Below are positions 62,075 through 64,000 of a stretch of 64,000 bases of DNA, piece after piece. Source of the DNA: an uncultured Syntrophobacterales bacterium (GTDB lineage Bacteria > Desulfobacterota > Syntrophia > Syntrophales > UBA5619); contig CAIYSL010000098.1 in assembly GCA_903928915.1 (NCBI GenBank), positions 35,179 through 99,178 of the forward strand. The letters are read 5' to 3'. The translations under genes were made by a program, and so were the position numbers. The notes beneath the pieces were generated by a model. It was not told where the DNA came from, searched no databases, and saw nothing but the letters and a program-made list of their open reading frames with translations. Numbering within the stretch: the stretch's first letter is position 1; each line of letters starts with the position of its first letter.

Positions 62075-63064
62075 ATGAAACCTTTTGATTACTATACCGT
62101 CACGAGCGTAGCCCAGGCTGTTTCCCTGCTTTCCAAGCACCGGCATAAGGCCGCCGTCCTGGCCGGCGGGTCGGACCTCCTGGCCATGATGAAGGACCGG
62201 CTCGAAGGGCCGAAGCTGAAGCTGCCGGCTGCCCTGATCGACATCAAGGGGATCAAGGAGCTGAGTTACATCAAGGAGCAGAAAAACGGCGTGCGGATCG
62301 GGGCCGGCACCGTGCTGGCCGACATCGCCTCCTCCGAGCTGATCGCCAAGCGCTACCCCCTGCTCCACCAGGCGGCCGGCCAGTTGGGGGTCCCCCAGAT
62401 CCGGAACGTGGGCACCCTGGGCGGGAACCTCTGCCAGCGGCCGCGCTGCTGGTACTTCCGCGGCAAGTCCTTTGCGAACTGTTTCCGCAAGGGCGGCGGC
62501 ACCTGCTACGCGCCCGGCGGCGAGAACCGCTACCATGCCGTGTTCGGCGGCTCCAACTGCTACATCGTCCACCCCTCGGACCTGGCCCCGGCGCTGATCG
62601 CCCTGGATGCCCGGGTGGAGATCGCCTCCCCCAAGGGGAGCAGGATGGTCCCGCTGGAGAAATTCTACGTGGGCCCGGACAAGAACATCCTCGGGGAGAC
62701 CATCCTCGGCCCCCAGGAGCTGCTCGCGGCCGTGGAGATCCCCGCCCCCGCCGCAGCGAGCCGCGGCGCCTACCTCAAGCTGAAGGAGCGGCAGGCCTTC
62801 GACTTCGCCATCGTCAGCGTGGCGGTAAACCTCTCCGTGGCCGGCGGCAGCGTCGGCCAGGCCCGGATCGCCTTCGGCGGCCTGGCGCCGGTCCCGCTCC
62901 GGGCCGTGAAGGCGGAAGCCGGCCTGAAGGGCAAGGCGCTCAAAGACGCCATCGCCGCGGCGTGCAAGGCAGCCGCGGAGGGGGCCGAGCCGCTCAGCCA
63001 GAACGGCTACAAGGTGGATGCCGCCCGGGGTGTTCTGGAAGAGGCGCTGCTGAGCCTGGCCTGA
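62075..63064 (+). CDS. FAD-binding subunit of a xanthine-dehydrogenase-family enzyme (PaoB/CoxM-like), with a Cys-rich insert
   Basis: 329 aa. AVLAGGSDLL and GTLGGNL FAD motifs. CQRPRCWYFRGKSFANCFRKGGGTCYA suggests a 4Fe-4S site of the kind reported for PaoB. Confidence 0.85.
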   Translation: MKPFDYYTVTSVAQAVSLLSKHRHKAAVLAGGSDLLAMMKDRLEGPKLKLPAALIDIKGIKELSYIKEQKNGVRIGAGTVLADIASSELIAKRYPLLHQAAGQLGVPQIRNVGTLGGNLCQRPRCWYFRGKSFANCFRKGGGTCYAPGGENRYHAVFGGSNCYIVHPSDLAPALIALDARVEIASPKGSRMVPLEKFYVGPDKNILGETILGPQELLAAVEIPAPAAASRGAYLKLKERQAFDFAIVSVAVNLSVAGGSVGQARIAFGGLAPVPLRAVKAEAGLKGKALKDAIAAACKAAAEGAEPLSQNGYKVDAARGVLEEALLSLA

Positions 63065-63179
63065 TCGCGAGCGGCATCTCTTCCTCCGGCAATCAAACCG
63101 CCGCGCTTTTCGCCGCGGTGACGCAGCGGGACGACTTACTGATTCCGTCCTTTGTCGGAATGACCGATTCGACGTACAT

Positions 63180-63199
63180 TGTGGCCGGATCGGGCCACA
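63180..63199 (+). terminator. possible terminator or operator hairpin downstream of the molybdoenzyme operon
   Basis: Perfect inverted repeat TGTGGCC-ggatcg-GGCCACA, followed by AT-rich sequence. Lies 8 nt upstream of the next -35, so it could equally be an operator. Confidence 0.3.
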
Positions 63200-63206
63200 G
63201 TAATAG

Positions 63207-63235
63207 TTGAATATCGAGCGCTCCCTGGGTATACT
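63207..63235 (+). promoter_or_regulatory. sigma70-type promoter for the last (partial) gene
   Basis: TTGAAT (63207-63212), 17-nt spacer, TATACT (63230-63235), about 100 nt upstream of ATG 63336. Confidence 0.5.
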
Positions 63236-63335
63236 CACCGCCGTGCAGCGGCCCCGCCCCCCGGCGGCGACTGCTGCGCGGCGCCGGCAGAGGGTTCCGG
63301 CGCAGACCCTGCAACCCCTTGAGGAACCCGTCGCG

Positions 63336-64000
63336 ATGCCCGAGCGGATCGACCATCCCGGCCGCCCGCCGGAGGAGCTCCCTCCGGCCGCCGATGCCCT
63401 GATCGCGCGCCTGGCCGGCCATCACCCCGACCTGAGCGGCTTCACGGTCGTCTCGCTGACGGGCCGCGGCCGCGACTTCCTCCACCACCAGCTCCACACC
63501 CGGATCGGCGGGCTAATGCCTGCGGTCCTTTCCTATGACGACTACAAGACCAGCCGCCTGAGCGACGCCCTGGGCCGCATTGCCGTCGCCGAGGACGAGG
63601 CACTGCTCAGGTTCCACAGCCTCCGCTGCCGGGCCGAGGGCAGACCGCTTCCGCCCGCCGATTCCCAGCGGCTCCTCTCCTTTCTCGCCGCGATCGGCGA
63701 ATTCTCCGTGAGCCCGGCAGAGCTCAAGGCCCTGGACCGGATCGGGCCGGAGCAGCTTGGCCGGATCGACGGCTTCTTTGCCCTGCAGGAGGCCTTTCGC
63801 AGCAGCCTTGCCAAGGAGGGGCTCTTCTATCCGCCCTTCGAGGCGGAGCGCTTCGCAGTGCTTGGCCCAAAAGAGGGCGACCTCTTCATCGGCCTCCCCC
63901 TCATGACCCCGGGAAATCAGCGTTTCTTCAGCCGCATCCCCAAAGACCGCCTCTTCGTCGATGCGCCCCTCTTCGGCCCGCAGATGCCGCAAGAGCCTCC
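63336..64000 (+). CDS. hypothetical protein, 5' part (runs off the window end)
   Basis: Not in the ORF track because there is no stop. The frame is open from ATG 63336 to the window end (221 codons) with strongly G/C-biased third positions (MPERIDHPGRPPEELPPAADALIARLAGHHPDL...). The 159-aa minus-strand ORF at 63513-63992 is its antisense shadow. Function not recognised. Confidence 0.55.
   Translation, partial: MPERIDHPGRPPEELPPAADALIARLAGHHPDLSGFTVVSLTGRGRDFLHHQLHTRIGGLMPAVLSYDDYKTSRLSDALGRIAVAEDEALLRFHSLRCRAEGRPLPPADSQRLLSFLAAIGEFSVSPAELKALDRIGPEQLGRIDGFFALQEAFRSSLAKEGLFYPPFEAERFAVLGPKEGDLFIGLPLMTPGNQRFFSRIPKDRLFVDAPLFGPQMPQEP

Noticed and set aside
59021-63238. 1405-aa minus-strand ORF
   Set aside because: It is the antisense shadow of the three molybdoenzyme subunit genes, which have clear cofactor motifs. 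The translation is Gly/Arg/Pro/Asp-rich with no recognisable domains.
1-64000. CRISPR arrays, tRNA/rRNA genes, IS elements, long repeats
   Set aside because: Reading through the intergenic regions and both strands revealed no regularly spaced repeats, cloverleaf-like sequences, rRNA-like stretches or transposase-like ORFs. Absence cannot be proven without running tRNA, rRNA and repeat finders.

Overview
This is a 64-kb, high-GC (about two-thirds G+C by eye), densely coding bacterial chromosomal segment. The gene repertoire suggests an anaerobic Deltaproteobacteria/Desulfuromonadota-like organism, but that is inference only. All family assignments come from reading the translations and recalling motifs; no searches were run. 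I call about 58 protein genes. I recognised no rRNA, tRNA, CRISPR array, transposase or integrase.

Gene blocks:
- 0-9 kb: aspartate kinase; a FecR/OmpA/DsbA-like envelope trio; an ADP-ribosylglycohydrolase; a CstB-like persulfide dioxygenase-rhodanese; a peroxiredoxin; a GDP-mannose enzyme.
- 9-14 kb: maf-yggS-rubredoxin fusion, then copA-copZ.
- 14.4-27.5 kb: a signalling island with an 1823-aa hybrid kinase, two receivers, an HD-GYP protein and an MBL hydrolase, followed by a Tat-signal SOR-like protein, ygiQ and an amidohydrolase.
- 28.4-29.4 kb: a low-GC islet carrying a CI/LexA-type S24 repressor.
- 29.5-40.1 kb: a 10-gene operon with a BMP-type ABC importer, ylbF/ylbE/fdrA homologues, carbamate kinase and an aberrant ATCase-fold protein.
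- 40.2-54.5 kb: a 13-gene nuo operon on the minus strand.
- 54.8-64 kb: feoAB, tauE, an SDR, and a Tat-exported PaoABC-like molybdoenzyme.

Most interesting observations:
1. An unannotated 100-codon periplasmic HMA-fold gene (9035-9337, minus strand) has an in-frame UGA exactly at the second Cys of the metal-binding CxxC, with a SECIS-like hairpin just downstream. It is a candidate selenoprotein.
2. The central importer / AllFGH-like / carbamate kinase operon ends in an ATCase-fold protein whose carbamoyl-phosphate and aspartate ligands are substituted. It is a candidate uncharacterised carbamoyl-compound catabolic, ATP-yielding system.
3. The nuo operon lacks nuoE and canonical nuoF. In their place is a single fusion of the NuoF 4Fe-4S domain to a GltD/NfnB-like flavoprotein.
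4. A hidden 37-codon Lys-rich ORF has a consensus Shine-Dalgarno site and overlaps both neighbouring genes.
5. A response regulator carries a four-Cys C-terminal output domain, next to a kinase with a Cys-rich PAS insert and an 11-nt poly(C) tract.
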